Origin: a virus
IMG/VR virus record: IMGVR_UViG_3300029362_000002
Length of the DNA stretch: 64,000 bases
Direction: 5' to 3' (one strand)
This document shows positions 9,598-18,745 of this stretch, one piece after another. Both the position numbers and the translations under genes were made by a program. The notes beneath the pieces are model-generated. The model was not told where the DNA came from. It made no database searches and worked only from the letters and a program-made list of their open reading frames with translations. The first letter of the stretch is position 1. Each line of letters opens with the position of its first letter.

Positions 9598-10137
9598 ATG
9601 GCAATTTGGACAAGCAGATACAGCAATAAAGAGCTGGTAGAGAACAAAGACAAGTATTATTGTGTCGGAATCAGTTTGGGAACGCCGAAATTTCCACTGG
9701 GATACACCGTAGAACAGCAGTGCTATTCGCTGGCACCGAAAGGATATATGCTGAGAATGGAACTGGAGAAGTTCACCGAGGAGTATTACCGGAAGCTGGA
9801 AGGCATTGGCAATGACAAGATTATCAACATGGTAATGCGATTCGAGGCAATGGCGGCGGCCAAAGGCAAAGAATTGGTTTTCCTGTGTTACGAGGATGTA
9901 AGAATACCGGAAGACTGGTGCCACAGAACAGTATTCGCTCAGTGGTATTGCGAACAGACAGGAGAAATCATCAAGGAACTGCCGGACCCAAATCCGCCAA
10001 AAGTAAAGAAACCGCCTGTACAGAAGCAGGCAAAGAAAGAAGAAAGCAAGCGCACAGCCGCTCAGAAGGAAGCCAAGACGGAAACGGAAGGCTATGAACA
10101 GATGAGTTTGTTTGGTATGGCTGGTGCGATGATATAA
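9598..10137 (+). CDS. DUF488-family protein with a basic C-terminal tail ending in a QMSLF motif
   Basis: WTSRYSN..., VFLCYED....WCHR pattern typical of DUF488; AAAGGAG RBS upstream. Confidence 0.6.
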   Translation: MAIWTSRYSNKELVENKDKYYCVGISLGTPKFPLGYTVEQQCYSLAPKGYMLRMELEKFTEEYYRKLEGIGNDKIINMVMRFEAMAAAKGKELVFLCYEDVRIPEDWCHRTVFAQWYCEQTGEIIKELPDPNPPKVKKPPVQKQAKKEESKRTAAQKEAKTETEGYEQMSLFGMAGAMI

Positions 10138-10218
10138 TATCCGGAACTGGTGAAAGAATCACATTTCTCTTCCAGAGGAAAGTTCCTGTTCATTGCAGGG
10201 TTCCGGTCCAAAAGAAAC

Positions 10219-10250
10219 GGCATCGTATCTTCGGGTACGGTGCCTTAATT
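10219..10250 (+). terminator. Rho-independent terminator-like hairpin after the DUF488 gene
   Basis: GGCATCGTATC-TTCG-GGGTACGGTGCC stem (about 11 bp, including G-U pairs) followed by TTAATTTGTG. Confidence 0.55.
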
Positions 10251-10348
10251 TGTGCAATTTGCCAGAACAGTCTCTGAAAATCCCGGCGTGGTATCAGAGA
10301 TTGATCTGGCTTTTTGTATAAAGTGAACAAAAAAGGAGGGAAATTAGA

Positions 10349-10561
10349 ATGGAGAGAGGCGTTGTATCAGCTACCTGCATAGCACAACACATTGAGACAT
10401 TCAGAAAACAGGCTGCGGGTGATGCAAAAGCGGATTTCGGAGAGCCATGCCAGAACTGCCCGATGAATAAGGAGTGCAATTTTGACTGGCTCTCGAACAT
10501 GGCACCGCTGTTGAAAGATTCAATGGTGAAGATCAGAATGGTTCTTCCGGCGCAGTGTTGA
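10349..10561 (+). CDS. Hypothetical Cys-containing small protein
   Basis: AAAAGGAGGG RBS 8 nt upstream of the ATG; CQNCPMNKEC motif. Confidence 0.5.
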   Translation: MERGVVSATCIAQHIETFRKQAAGDAKADFGEPCQNCPMNKECNFDWLSNMAPLLKDSMVKIRMVLPAQC

Positions 10562-10757
10562 ATACAGGACAAGCCCCACGCACATCTCGGCGAGGATAAG
10601 GGCAATCATCCGAACAGTCACAGGAATAGCCCAATATCTTATAGCCAGGAGCTGCGGCACCGAGCATAGAAAACTCGGCGTAATCAACACGAACACCATG
10701 CCGTTCTTCCAGGTAAGGGCAGTAATCATGGTGTATGAGAGAAATCCGTCTCGACAA
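10533..10757 (-). CDS. Hypothetical small protein on the minus strand (reading frame ambiguous)
   Basis: The TTG start lies 7 nt after a GGAGGTGA RBS. An alternative overlapping frame (10520..10729) encodes a two-helix hydrophobic peptide but has no RBS. Confidence 0.35.
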   Translation of the reverse strand: MSRRISLIHHDYCPYLEERHGVRVDYAEFSMLGAAAPGYKILGYSCDCSDDCPYPRRDVRGACPVFNTAPEEPF

Positions 10758-10852
10758 TATAATTCACCTCCGGTTTATTACTCGGCTCGTATGAGCCTGT
10801 AAAGACAGTATAGTACAGTTTTAGAAAAACGGAAAGAAAGGAGAAGAAAGCA

Positions 10853-12271
10853 ATGGCGTTTTTTATGGACCCAGGGGCAATGTTCTTGGGGTGTTTAGGT
10901 CCATCGGAGCAGAAGTTTCTGGTCACTCTGATAGAAACGGCAGCAAAGTCCGGGTACACGAGATTTGTTGAGCCATGTGCCGGCACCTTCGCAATGGCAA
11001 ATCTGGCAGTGCAGAATGGATTCAAGCCGGAGCAGATTGAAACCAGCGATGTCAATATGATGTCAACAGTCCTTGGGTATGCGATAACCGGGCAGTCATT
11101 AGAGCCACTGGAAATCCATGCACAAGGATTCAGCGATGAGGAGCTTCTTGATCCTGCAACAGCGTTGTACGCACAGTTGTATCTCAGAACATCGAAGAAC
11201 GCAGGGAATGATTATTTCTACCAGATACTCACGGACCTACGGCTTAGGAGAGAAGAACACATAGAGAGCATCAACCGGCAGATAGAAGTCATTCGGAATC
11301 TGCTTGGTGGCATGAGCTACAGACCACTGGATATGTGGGAACATCTGAAAGAGGTGCTGGACGATCCGCACGCTTTGGTGATTGCAAATCCACCGACCTA
11401 TTTTTCGGGCTATGAGAAGTTCTATGATACGCAGGGCAAGATGACCTGGAAGGAACCACCGTATGAACTGTTTGACCCGGAGACCGGGCACCAGCAGTTC
11501 TATGATCTCTGTATGAACGCAAAAGCATTGGTCATTTGCTACCAGGAGAAAAGAGTAGGAGAGGCAGTTGGTTATACGATATATGCCCGATCTGGCACAA
11601 GGGCAGACCTGAACGCCTACATAACCACGAACCGAGAGGAAGAGGCAACAGCCCTGGCAAATGGTAAGAAGATTAAACGGCCGGCAGAGAGTAAGCTACA
11701 GCCGCTAGACTGCAGTATGCTTCCAAGGGACTACGAGATCAAGGAAGACAGCAAAGTGCAGGTTATTCCGGTCAAGGCGGCAGAGGCTCAGTATTACAGA
11801 GAGTTGTGGACACATAATTTTGTTGGTTCATCGGCCACATTCAACAGGGCATTGCTGATTGATGGGTATGTAGCTGGCGTGTTTGGCATCTCAAAGATGG
11901 CATCTGACAGCGTATTTGTATGGTACGTGATGAAAGTGCCACACAAGGTATACCGCCTCGGTAGACTGTGCTATATGCTGGCACAGAACAGAGAGTTTGT
12001 GGATACGCTCCTGGACAATATCGAGCAGGAGAAAGTCACGAAGATGCGGACTGCAATGCTTACCAGGTATCCGGAAAACAAGGAAGTCAGGGGCATCATG
12101 AAACTGGTAAACAGGGTGGAAGACAAGAAGAATGGATACAAGCTCACATATGAGGCAGAACTGGTTGAAGGCAGGAGTGAGCAGCAGACACTTCAAGAAT
12201 GGCTAAGGAGGGAGAATGAATGGCAGAAGAACAGGGCAAAGGCATCCAGCAAATCGAAGGGTGCGAAGTAA
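10853..12271 (+). CDS. Dam-like (D12-class-like) N6-adenine DNA methyltransferase with an extra ~220-aa C-terminal domain
   Basis: Motif I-like FVEPCAGTFAM near residue 38 and motif IV-like IANPPTYF near residue 188. The C-terminal half has no motif I recognise. Confidence 0.55.
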   Translation: MAFFMDPGAMFLGCLGPSEQKFLVTLIETAAKSGYTRFVEPCAGTFAMANLAVQNGFKPEQIETSDVNMMSTVLGYAITGQSLEPLEIHAQGFSDEELLDPATALYAQLYLRTSKNAGNDYFYQILTDLRLRREEHIESINRQIEVIRNLLGGMSYRPLDMWEHLKEVLDDPHALVIANPPTYFSGYEKFYDTQGKMTWKEPPYELFDPETGHQQFYDLCMNAKALVICYQEKRVGEAVGYTIYARSGTRADLNAYITTNREEEATALANGKKIKRPAESKLQPLDCSMLPRDYEIKEDSKVQVIPVKAAEAQYYRELWTHNFVGSSATFNRALLIDGYVAGVFGISKMASDSVFVWYVMKVPHKVYRLGRLCYMLAQNREFVDTLLDNIEQEKVTKMRTAMLTRYPENKEVRGIMKLVNRVEDKKNGYKLTYEAELVEGRSEQQTLQEWLRRENEWQKNRAKASSKSKGAK

Positions 12272-13140
12272 TCTACGATATGGGTTCGGGTTTGGTGATC
12301 GCCAAAGTTCCGCTGGATAAAGTCAAGGAACAGGACATCAATGCCAGAATTATGAAGAATGAGATGCAGGACCAGCTGACCGCTAACATCAAGAAACGAG
12401 GACAGTTGGAGAGCCTGCCTCTTTTCGTTTTGGTAGACGGAAAGTTGGAAATCATCAGCGGCCACCACAGAGTAAAGAGCGCAAGAGCTGCAGAGATGAA
12501 GGAGATCATCGCTATTGTTGATGTGTCCGGACTCTCACGCAGCAAGATAGCGGCGAAGCAGCTGGCCCACAATGCAATTTCCGGTTTCGATGATGATAGC
12601 ACATTGAGAGAAATCGTGAAGATGATTGATGATGTGGACGATATGATTGAGTCATTCGTAGGAAAAGAAATCATGGAAGAACCGTTGGAACAGTATGACA
12701 AGATGCTGAGTCCTGCGGTTCAGTTTGATTTTAAGAACGTCACTTTCACATTCCTGCCGCATCAGGTGAATGATATGGACATACTGGTGAAGGATCTGGA
12801 ATCTAAAGCTCCGGAAATCGTTGGAGTTGCTTCATACGAGCAGTGCAAGGCATTTGTGGAGACATTAAGCAAATACCAGAAGTTTACGGACATCAGAAAC
12901 GTAGGAGCAGCTATCCATTCAATGATCGAGAATGCCAACGAGAAAATGGATGCAGTTGGGTTTAATGCAGAAGAGGAATGGACATATCTGGCGAAGGTGT
13001 TTGGCAGCAATGCGATTCCTGCGGATGCCGCCGAAGTAATCAAACAGGCCATCAAGAAGGCTGAGAAAGAGGGAACCATCACCAGCAAGAACCGGTGGCA
13101 ACTGATTGAATACCTTTGCGCTGACTATCTAGGTAAATAG
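12220..13140 (+). CDS. ParB N-terminal-domain (ParB/Srx-like nuclease domain) protein
   Basis: KKRGQLESLPLFVLVDGKLEIISGHHRVKSA motif. AGGAGGGAG RBS before the ATG at 12220; 52-nt overlap with the methylase gene. Confidence 0.65.
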   Translation: MAEEQGKGIQQIEGCEVIYDMGSGLVIAKVPLDKVKEQDINARIMKNEMQDQLTANIKKRGQLESLPLFVLVDGKLEIISGHHRVKSARAAEMKEIIAIVDVSGLSRSKIAAKQLAHNAISGFDDDSTLREIVKMIDDVDDMIESFVGKEIMEEPLEQYDKMLSPAVQFDFKNVTFTFLPHQVNDMDILVKDLESKAPEIVGVASYEQCKAFVETLSKYQKFTDIRNVGAAIHSMIENANEKMDAVGFNAEEEWTYLAKVFGSNAIPADAAEVIKQAIKKAEKEGTITSKNRWQLIEYLCADYLGK

Positions 13141-13147
13141 ATAAGGC

Positions 13148-13609
13148 ATGGCAGCTAAGGTCAAATACAATCCAGATTATCACGATAACTGGGCGTGGTC
13201 TTTGGCTGCTATGGGAGCTACCAATGAAGAAATCGCAAAGGCAATGGGAGTTTCCAAGCGGACAATCATCCGCTGGAGCCAGGATCACGAAAGTTTCGGT
13301 AGCGCATTGGCCCAGGGAAAGGGAGTTTCCGATGCGAAGGTAATCAGGAGCCTGTATCAGAGAGCGGTCGGCTATGAGTACGAGGAAGAGAAAAAAATCA
13401 TTGAGTATGATAAAGACGGAAACGTGAAACCGATCAAAATTGAGAAGACCAAAAAGCAAGTTCCACCGGATGTAGGAGCGCAGTGCTTCTGGCTGAAGAA
13501 TCGTCAGAGAGATAAATGGCAAGACCGGCCAGAAGTTATACCAGACACAGGAGCAGACGATGGAGACCAGGTTCAGTTTTATCTTCCGGATAATGGGAGG
13601 GACGGCTGA
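13148..13609 (+). CDS. terS: Terminase small subunit
   Basis: HTH segment (ATNEEIAKAMGVSKRTIIRWSQ); lies immediately upstream of terL with overlapping stop and start. Confidence 0.75.
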   Translation: MAAKVKYNPDYHDNWAWSLAAMGATNEEIAKAMGVSKRTIIRWSQDHESFGSALAQGKGVSDAKVIRSLYQRAVGYEYEEEKKIIEYDKDGNVKPIKIEKTKKQVPPDVGAQCFWLKNRQRDKWQDRPEVIPDTGADDGDQVQFYLPDNGRDG

Positions 13610-15015
13610 TGGGGAAAATAATCAGGATTGGACCGCAGAAAGGACCACAGGAAAGATTCCTTGCAACCTCTGCGGATATTTGTATTTATGGTGGAGCAGC
13701 GGGAGGCGGCAAGACCTTTGGATTGCTTTTGGAGCCGATCCGGCACATGAACAACAAAAATTACAATGCGGTTATCTTCCGAAGCAATTACACACAGGTC
13801 ACATCTCCTGGTGGCTTGTGGGATAGTTCAGGTAAGATTTATAGCCTCGTAAAGGGAGCTTATCCATTAAAGACACCTAAACTACACTGGACGTTCAAAA
13901 GTGGTGCTACGGTCAATTTTGCCCACTTAGGTAGTGATTCTGATTGCCAGAACTGGCAAGGTTCGCAGATCGCAATGATAGGATTCGATGAGCTGACGCA
14001 TTTCTCAAAGCATCAGTTTTTTTATATGCTGTCACGAAACCGTACTGATTCTGGAGTAGCACCGTATGTTCGGGCAACGTGCAACCCTGATGCCGATAGT
14101 TGGGTAGCTGATTTCATTAAGTGGTGGATCACACCAGAAACCGGTTATCCGATACCGGAGAGAAGCGGCGTAATCCGATACATGGTAAGACTGAATGATG
14201 AAATCATTTGGGGAGACAGCAAGGAAGAACTGGCAGCACAGGGATATGATGCACAGGATGTAAAAAGCGTGACATTCATAGCCAGCACATTGCAGGATAA
14301 TCAGATCTTGATGAAGATGGACCCTGGATACCTGGCGAACTTAAAAGCTCTACCTACGGTAGAGAGGGAACGTCTTCTACTTGGAAACTGGAAGATTAAA
14401 GCGGCGGCCGGCCTGTTCTTCCGCAGAACCCAGGTCGGAGAAATGCTGGAGGAATTGCCGAAAGATGTTATTTCCTGGTGCAGAGGTTGGGACCTTGCAG
14501 CAACCAGCGAAGATGAAGACGGTGATCCGGCATATACCGCAGGCGTTCTGATCGGAAAAAGAAAGAGCGGTAGATACATCGTGGCAGACGTAATTAACAA
14601 GCGTTTGGCTGCTTCTGATGTAAGAACAATCATTAAAATGACAGCGCAGGCAGATAAGGCAAAATACAAGCGAGTGATTGAAAGACTTCCACAGGACCCA
14701 GGGCAGGCCGGAAAAGAACAGGCTCAATCCTACGTGAAGTTCCTGGCAGGCTTTCTGGTAAAGACCATTGGTGAGTCTGGAAGCAAGGAATCCAGAGCAG
14801 AGCCGTTTGCAGCGCAGTGGCAGGCTGGAAATGTAGATGTGCTGATTGGAGAGTGGAATGAAATGTACTTCAATCAGCTGGAATCATTCCCGGAATCAAA
14901 ATTTAAGGACATGGTGGACGCCAGCAGTTCAGCTTTCAATGAAGTTGAGAGCGGAGCTACATTCTCGGCACCGCCAAAAGACACGCTCAGCAAGAGCAGT
15001 TATTGGAGAGGATGA
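13609..15015 (+). CDS. terL: Terminase large subunit
   Basis: Walker A GGAAGGGKT, Walker B-like IGFDELTH, C-terminal nuclease-like region; 468 aa. Confidence 0.85.
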   Translation: MGKIIRIGPQKGPQERFLATSADICIYGGAAGGGKTFGLLLEPIRHMNNKNYNAVIFRSNYTQVTSPGGLWDSSGKIYSLVKGAYPLKTPKLHWTFKSGATVNFAHLGSDSDCQNWQGSQIAMIGFDELTHFSKHQFFYMLSRNRTDSGVAPYVRATCNPDADSWVADFIKWWITPETGYPIPERSGVIRYMVRLNDEIIWGDSKEELAAQGYDAQDVKSVTFIASTLQDNQILMKMDPGYLANLKALPTVERERLLLGNWKIKAAAGLFFRRTQVGEMLEELPKDVISWCRGWDLAATSEDEDGDPAYTAGVLIGKRKSGRYIVADVINKRLAASDVRTIIKMTAQADKAKYKRVIERLPQDPGQAGKEQAQSYVKFLAGFLVKTIGESGSKESRAEPFAAQWQAGNVDVLIGEWNEMYFNQLESFPESKFKDMVDASSSAFNEVESGATFSAPPKDTLSKSSYWRG

Positions 15016-15335
15016 GATTAAGCATGAATGGAATAAGAGTAAACAATACTGCAGCATCTGCCAGTGCGATCGCAAGCATGGGCGGTTATGGTTGCAAAAA
15101 ATACAATGTTCCCGGAGGAGATGCAGAAGAGTTCAAGGCAGACGGTGTAGGAACTTTTGTTTCCGTGATCCAGGCATTTGAAGATACGGAAATTCTGACC
15201 GTAAAGGCTTGTTGGGACGCACCAACAGATGTAGACGGCATTATTATTCCTGCCGGTATGTGCCTGTATGTGAAGGCAGAAAGTGTAACCATATCAAGCG
15301 GATGCGGCGTGATCTATTACGAGATGGCTTCATAA
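15003..15335 (+). CDS. Hypothetical protein between terminase and portal (start uncertain: 15003, 15012 or 15024)
   Basis: Overlaps the terL stop; co-oriented. Confidence 0.45.
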   Translation: MERMRLSMNGIRVNNTAASASAIASMGGYGCKKYNVPGGDAEEFKADGVGTFVSVIQAFEDTEILTVKACWDAPTDVDGIIIPAGMCLYVKAESVTISSGCGVIYYEMAS

Positions 15336-15349
15336 AGGAGGCGGTGAGT

Positions 15350-15604
15350 ATGATGTTATCATTGCAGAATAGCATAAACAGTAGGAACGGACCGGGAGCA
15401 AATAAGAACCGATCCGTTTGGTTGCGTGTAGGAGTAACTGGCGTAGCATTCCAAGCAGTAAATCAGCCATGTGGAACGCAAGGGCCATTGGCTAAGTCGG
15501 CGGTTGCTGGCTACATCGTCAGAGAAACAGTTCAGATTGCTGACTCTGGATACGGAGTGAGCTTCAGAATAAAAGCCTGCGGGCAGAAAAGGAGGCTGAT
15601 GTAA
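15350..15604 (+). CDS. Hypothetical protein
   Basis: The ATG at 15350 lies 8 nt after AAAGGAGG. This is the in-frame C-terminal part of ORF-track 15209..15604, whose N-terminal part overlaps the previous gene. Confidence 0.4.
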   Translation: MMLSLQNSINSRNGPGANKNRSVWLRVGVTGVAFQAVNQPCGTQGPLAKSAVAGYIVRETVQIADSGYGVSFRIKACGQKRRLM

Positions 15605-15605
15605 A

Positions 15606-16997
15606 GTGAGTAAAGAAATAGGACGCATCGGCCAGAGACGTTACGGTGGAGTTATCTATGAAGAGTTTCTTCCGGAACTGAGAGGAAGCAGAGGAGTAGA
15701 GATTTACCGAGAAATGTCAGAGAATGATGATGTAGTCGGTGCGATCCTTTATGCGATAGAAATGCTGGTTCGGCAGACCGATTGGATTGTAGAACCGGGA
15801 GGTGGCACAGCAAAAGACCGGGAAGCAGCTGAGTTTGTACAATCATGTATGGATGATATGCAAAGTACATGGGTTGATACAGTCTCAGAGATCCTGTCAT
15901 TCCTTACTTATGGCTGGAGCCTACATGAAATTGTGTACAAGCGTAGAATGGGAAATACAAGAGATACCAGAACCAGAAGCAAATACAGCGATGGTTTGAT
16001 CGGATGGGCGAAGCTCCCTATTCGATCTCAGGAAACTCTGTACCAGTGGGAATACGATGAAGCAGATAATCTGGTAGGTATGACGCAGATGCCACCGCCG
16101 GACTTTGGGCTGCTGACAATCCCGATGAGTAAGGCACTGCTATTTAGAACCAAGGTACGAAAGGACAATCCAGAGGGTAGAAGCATTTTGAGAAATGCGT
16201 ACCGGTCATGGCATTTCAAGAGAAGAATCCAGGAGATTGAAGGCATTGGCATTGAACGTGATCTTGCCGGGCTGCCGGTGATTTACACTCCGGAAGACAT
16301 GGATATATGGAACTCTGAAGACGAAACCATATCAAGGATTAGAGCAGAGCTGGAAAATATGGTTCGAGGTGTCCGTAGAGATGAAAGAGAAGGCCTCGTT
16401 CTTCCCGGGGGCTTCAAGATGGAACTTTTAAGCACTGGCGGTTCCAGACAGTTTGACACCAATGCGATTATTGACCGCTACGATACTAGAATTGCTATGA
16501 CAGTTCTGGCAGACTTTATTTTCTTAGGGCATCAGCAAAATGGTTCATGGGCTTTAAGCTCAGACAAGACAGAATTGTTTGCGATGGCTTGCGGTGCGTA
16601 TCTGGATATTATTGCAGAGACGTTCAATAGCCAGGGAATACCGAATCTGATTGATATTAACGGAGACCATTTTGCTGGAATTACAGATTATCCAAAGCTG
16701 ACACATGGAGACATTGAAGATGCCGACATTGCGAAGGTATCTGCGTTTGTTAAGGATATGGTTGGAATTGGAGTTTTGGTACCGGATGATGGTCTGGAAG
16801 ATTATATCAGGCAGATCGGGAAGCTTCCGGAAAGAACGGATGATACTAGAGAGTTAAGCCAGACAAGGGAAGAACAGCAGGGACAGAATGAACCACCAGA
16901 ACCCGAAACAGCTGCAGGCAAGGAACCGAAAGAAGATGATGAGGAAATCTCCGAGGAAGTGGTAGAAGCGGCCAAAAAACGCTTGGGAAGAGTGTAG
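15606..16997 (+). CDS. Portal protein (Mu gp29/DUF935-like)
   Basis: Size and position between terL and the Mu F-like head protein. N-terminal EIYREMSENDDVVGAILYAIEMLV pattern resembles DUF935 portals. Confidence 0.75.
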   Translation: MSKEIGRIGQRRYGGVIYEEFLPELRGSRGVEIYREMSENDDVVGAILYAIEMLVRQTDWIVEPGGGTAKDREAAEFVQSCMDDMQSTWVDTVSEILSFLTYGWSLHEIVYKRRMGNTRDTRTRSKYSDGLIGWAKLPIRSQETLYQWEYDEADNLVGMTQMPPPDFGLLTIPMSKALLFRTKVRKDNPEGRSILRNAYRSWHFKRRIQEIEGIGIERDLAGLPVIYTPEDMDIWNSEDETISRIRAELENMVRGVRRDEREGLVLPGGFKMELLSTGGSRQFDTNAIIDRYDTRIAMTVLADFIFLGHQQNGSWALSSDKTELFAMACGAYLDIIAETFNSQGIPNLIDINGDHFAGITDYPKLTHGDIEDADIAKVSAFVKDMVGIGVLVPDDGLEDYIRQIGKLPERTDDTRELSQTREEQQGQNEPPEPETAAGKEPKEDDEEISEEVVEAAKKRLGRV

Positions 16998-16999
16998 AT

Positions 17000-18745
17000 A
17001 TGGCATTTTTGATAAGACCGCCAGGTCAAGTGAAAAAGGCGAAAGCAAAGCTGAAACCAAAGTCAAAGAATGCTCAGGAGATTCTAAACAGGCTGCAGGG
17101 TTTCTTGAACCAGAATACCAGCGAACCAGTAGAAATCCTCTGCAGCTTTTGGGAAGACCAAAGAAATGCCATCACCTATAAAGAACTGAGGGAAGTAGTG
17201 CAAAGCGGTATGCTCACACAGAAGCAGTTCGAGGATTGGCAGCAAGATTATTCAGTCCTGGTTGAGAAAAAGATGGCAGGTGTATGGATGTCTGCAATGG
17301 CGGCAGGCGTTGCCGGTCAGCCGATGTTTGATAGCTTATCATTCAGCATCAATACGCAGGACCCTGGAATTGTATCGTGGATCAAAGACAGGGGAGCTGA
17401 ATTTGTGACATCGTGTACAGCAGAGCAGAAAAAGGCCATCCAGTCGTTGTTGGTAAAGAAGATCACAGATCAGCACACGGTTGACGAACTGGCAAGATTC
17501 ATTCGCCCATGTATAGGCCTTACAGACGGTGACACAAAAGCGGCATTGAAGCTGTACGATACCGTAAAGGCCACATTGCAAACTAATCATCCACGAATGA
17601 AGCCGGAAAACATCCGGAAGAAGGCACTGGATGCGGCACAGAAGTACGCAGAGCAGAAACATCGGCAGAGAGCTTTCACTATAGCTCAGACAGAACTGGA
17701 ATTTGCGTACAACCGAGGAGCCGACCAAGGAGTAAGACAGGCACAGTCCCAAGGCCTTATAGGAAAGACAATCAAGAGATGGATCACATCCGGAGATGAT
17801 TCGGTATGTTCCATTTGCGCTGCATTAGACGGTACCGAAATCGAGATGGATGATAATTTCGATTTTAAGGGCCGTCTTTTGTTTGCCGGTCAGAAAATGC
17901 TACCGCCGGCACATCCACGTTGTGCTTGTGCTGTTGAGTACATTGAGGTTGAGCCACCTGTATTTCGACCGGAAAACATGACGGAGATCGAAACAGAAGC
18001 AGGTTTGGAAGAGTTGAAGGAACTTTCGTCTGGAGAAGCGGCTGAGGAGTATTTTGGAAAGCGGCCAGACAGATCGTTGCGGAGAAGTAACCGGGAAGAA
18101 TATGACAGGCAACTGGATTATTTCAAAACTCAGTCACCGTATGGAAAGTGGAGCCAGCAGACAACATCACAGGAAGAGGCATCAATTACAAATTACTGCG
18201 GACCAGATTACAGTGCGATTAATGGACTGCTGAGAAGAGAAATGACAGAAAACCAGGTTAAGTTGTGGGATGATCTCGGCAACCGTAAAATTTCAGAGAT
18301 GATTTCGGATATCAGTTCTGCCATATCAAAGTTTGATCTTCCAGAGGACATTAAAGTATTCAGAACTTGTGAGAATGATGTTCTGGAGAAACTGCAGACA
18401 AAGATCGGTAGCACATTCCATGACGATGGTTTTGTCAGCACATCTGTTGTCCGGGAGAAGCAGGCAAGCGGAAATATCTTCATGGAGATAAGCGTTCCTA
18501 AAGGGCAAGGTGTAGGAGCCTGGGTAAATCCATTGTCCGGGAAACCAGAAGAGTATGAATTTCTGCTGAACAGAGGGACTGATTTTCTGGTGACTGACAT
18601 AGGCCAGGACGGAGCGGACACAATAATCCGAATGAAAGTTACTGGCAGAACAGAAACGGAATGGTCGTATGCAACGAAGGAAGAGGTGATAGAGCAATGG
18701 AAACGAAGAGGAGTTTACAGCGAAGAAAGCGCAAAACTTCTATGA
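17000..18745 (+). CDS. Mu F / SPP1 gp7-like minor head protein fused to a C-terminal ADP-ribosyltransferase (C3/VIP2-like) domain
   Basis: N-terminal domain: WITSGDDSVCSICAALDG ... PPAHPRCACAVEY. C-terminal domain: YCGPDYSAINGLLR, VFR (Arg), FVSTSV (STS), EEYEFLL (ExE). Confidence 0.75.
   Translation: MAFLIRPPGQVKKAKAKLKPKSKNAQEILNRLQGFLNQNTSEPVEILCSFWEDQRNAITYKELREVVQSGMLTQKQFEDWQQDYSVLVEKKMAGVWMSAMAAGVAGQPMFDSLSFSINTQDPGIVSWIKDRGAEFVTSCTAEQKKAIQSLLVKKITDQHTVDELARFIRPCIGLTDGDTKAALKLYDTVKATLQTNHPRMKPENIRKKALDAAQKYAEQKHRQRAFTIAQTELEFAYNRGADQGVRQAQSQGLIGKTIKRWITSGDDSVCSICAALDGTEIEMDDNFDFKGRLLFAGQKMLPPAHPRCACAVEYIEVEPPVFRPENMTEIETEAGLEELKELSSGEAAEEYFGKRPDRSLRRSNREEYDRQLDYFKTQSPYGKWSQQTTSQEEASITNYCGPDYSAINGLLRREMTENQVKLWDDLGNRKISEMISDISSAISKFDLPEDIKVFRTCENDVLEKLQTKIGSTFHDDGFVSTSVVREKQASGNIFMEISVPKGQGVGAWVNPLSGKPEEYEFLLNRGTDFLVTDIGQDGADTIIRMKVTGRTETEWSYATKEEVIEQWKRRGVYSEESAKLL

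Noticed and set aside
10294-10605. 103-aa minus-strand ORF
   Set aside because: It is fully antisense to the + strand ORF 10349..10561, which has a strong RBS. I saw no RBS for the minus-strand ORF.
13560-15181. Alternative-frame + strand ORFs 13560..13826 and 14846..15181
   Set aside because: They lie inside or across the terminase large subunit gene in other frames, and have no RBS.
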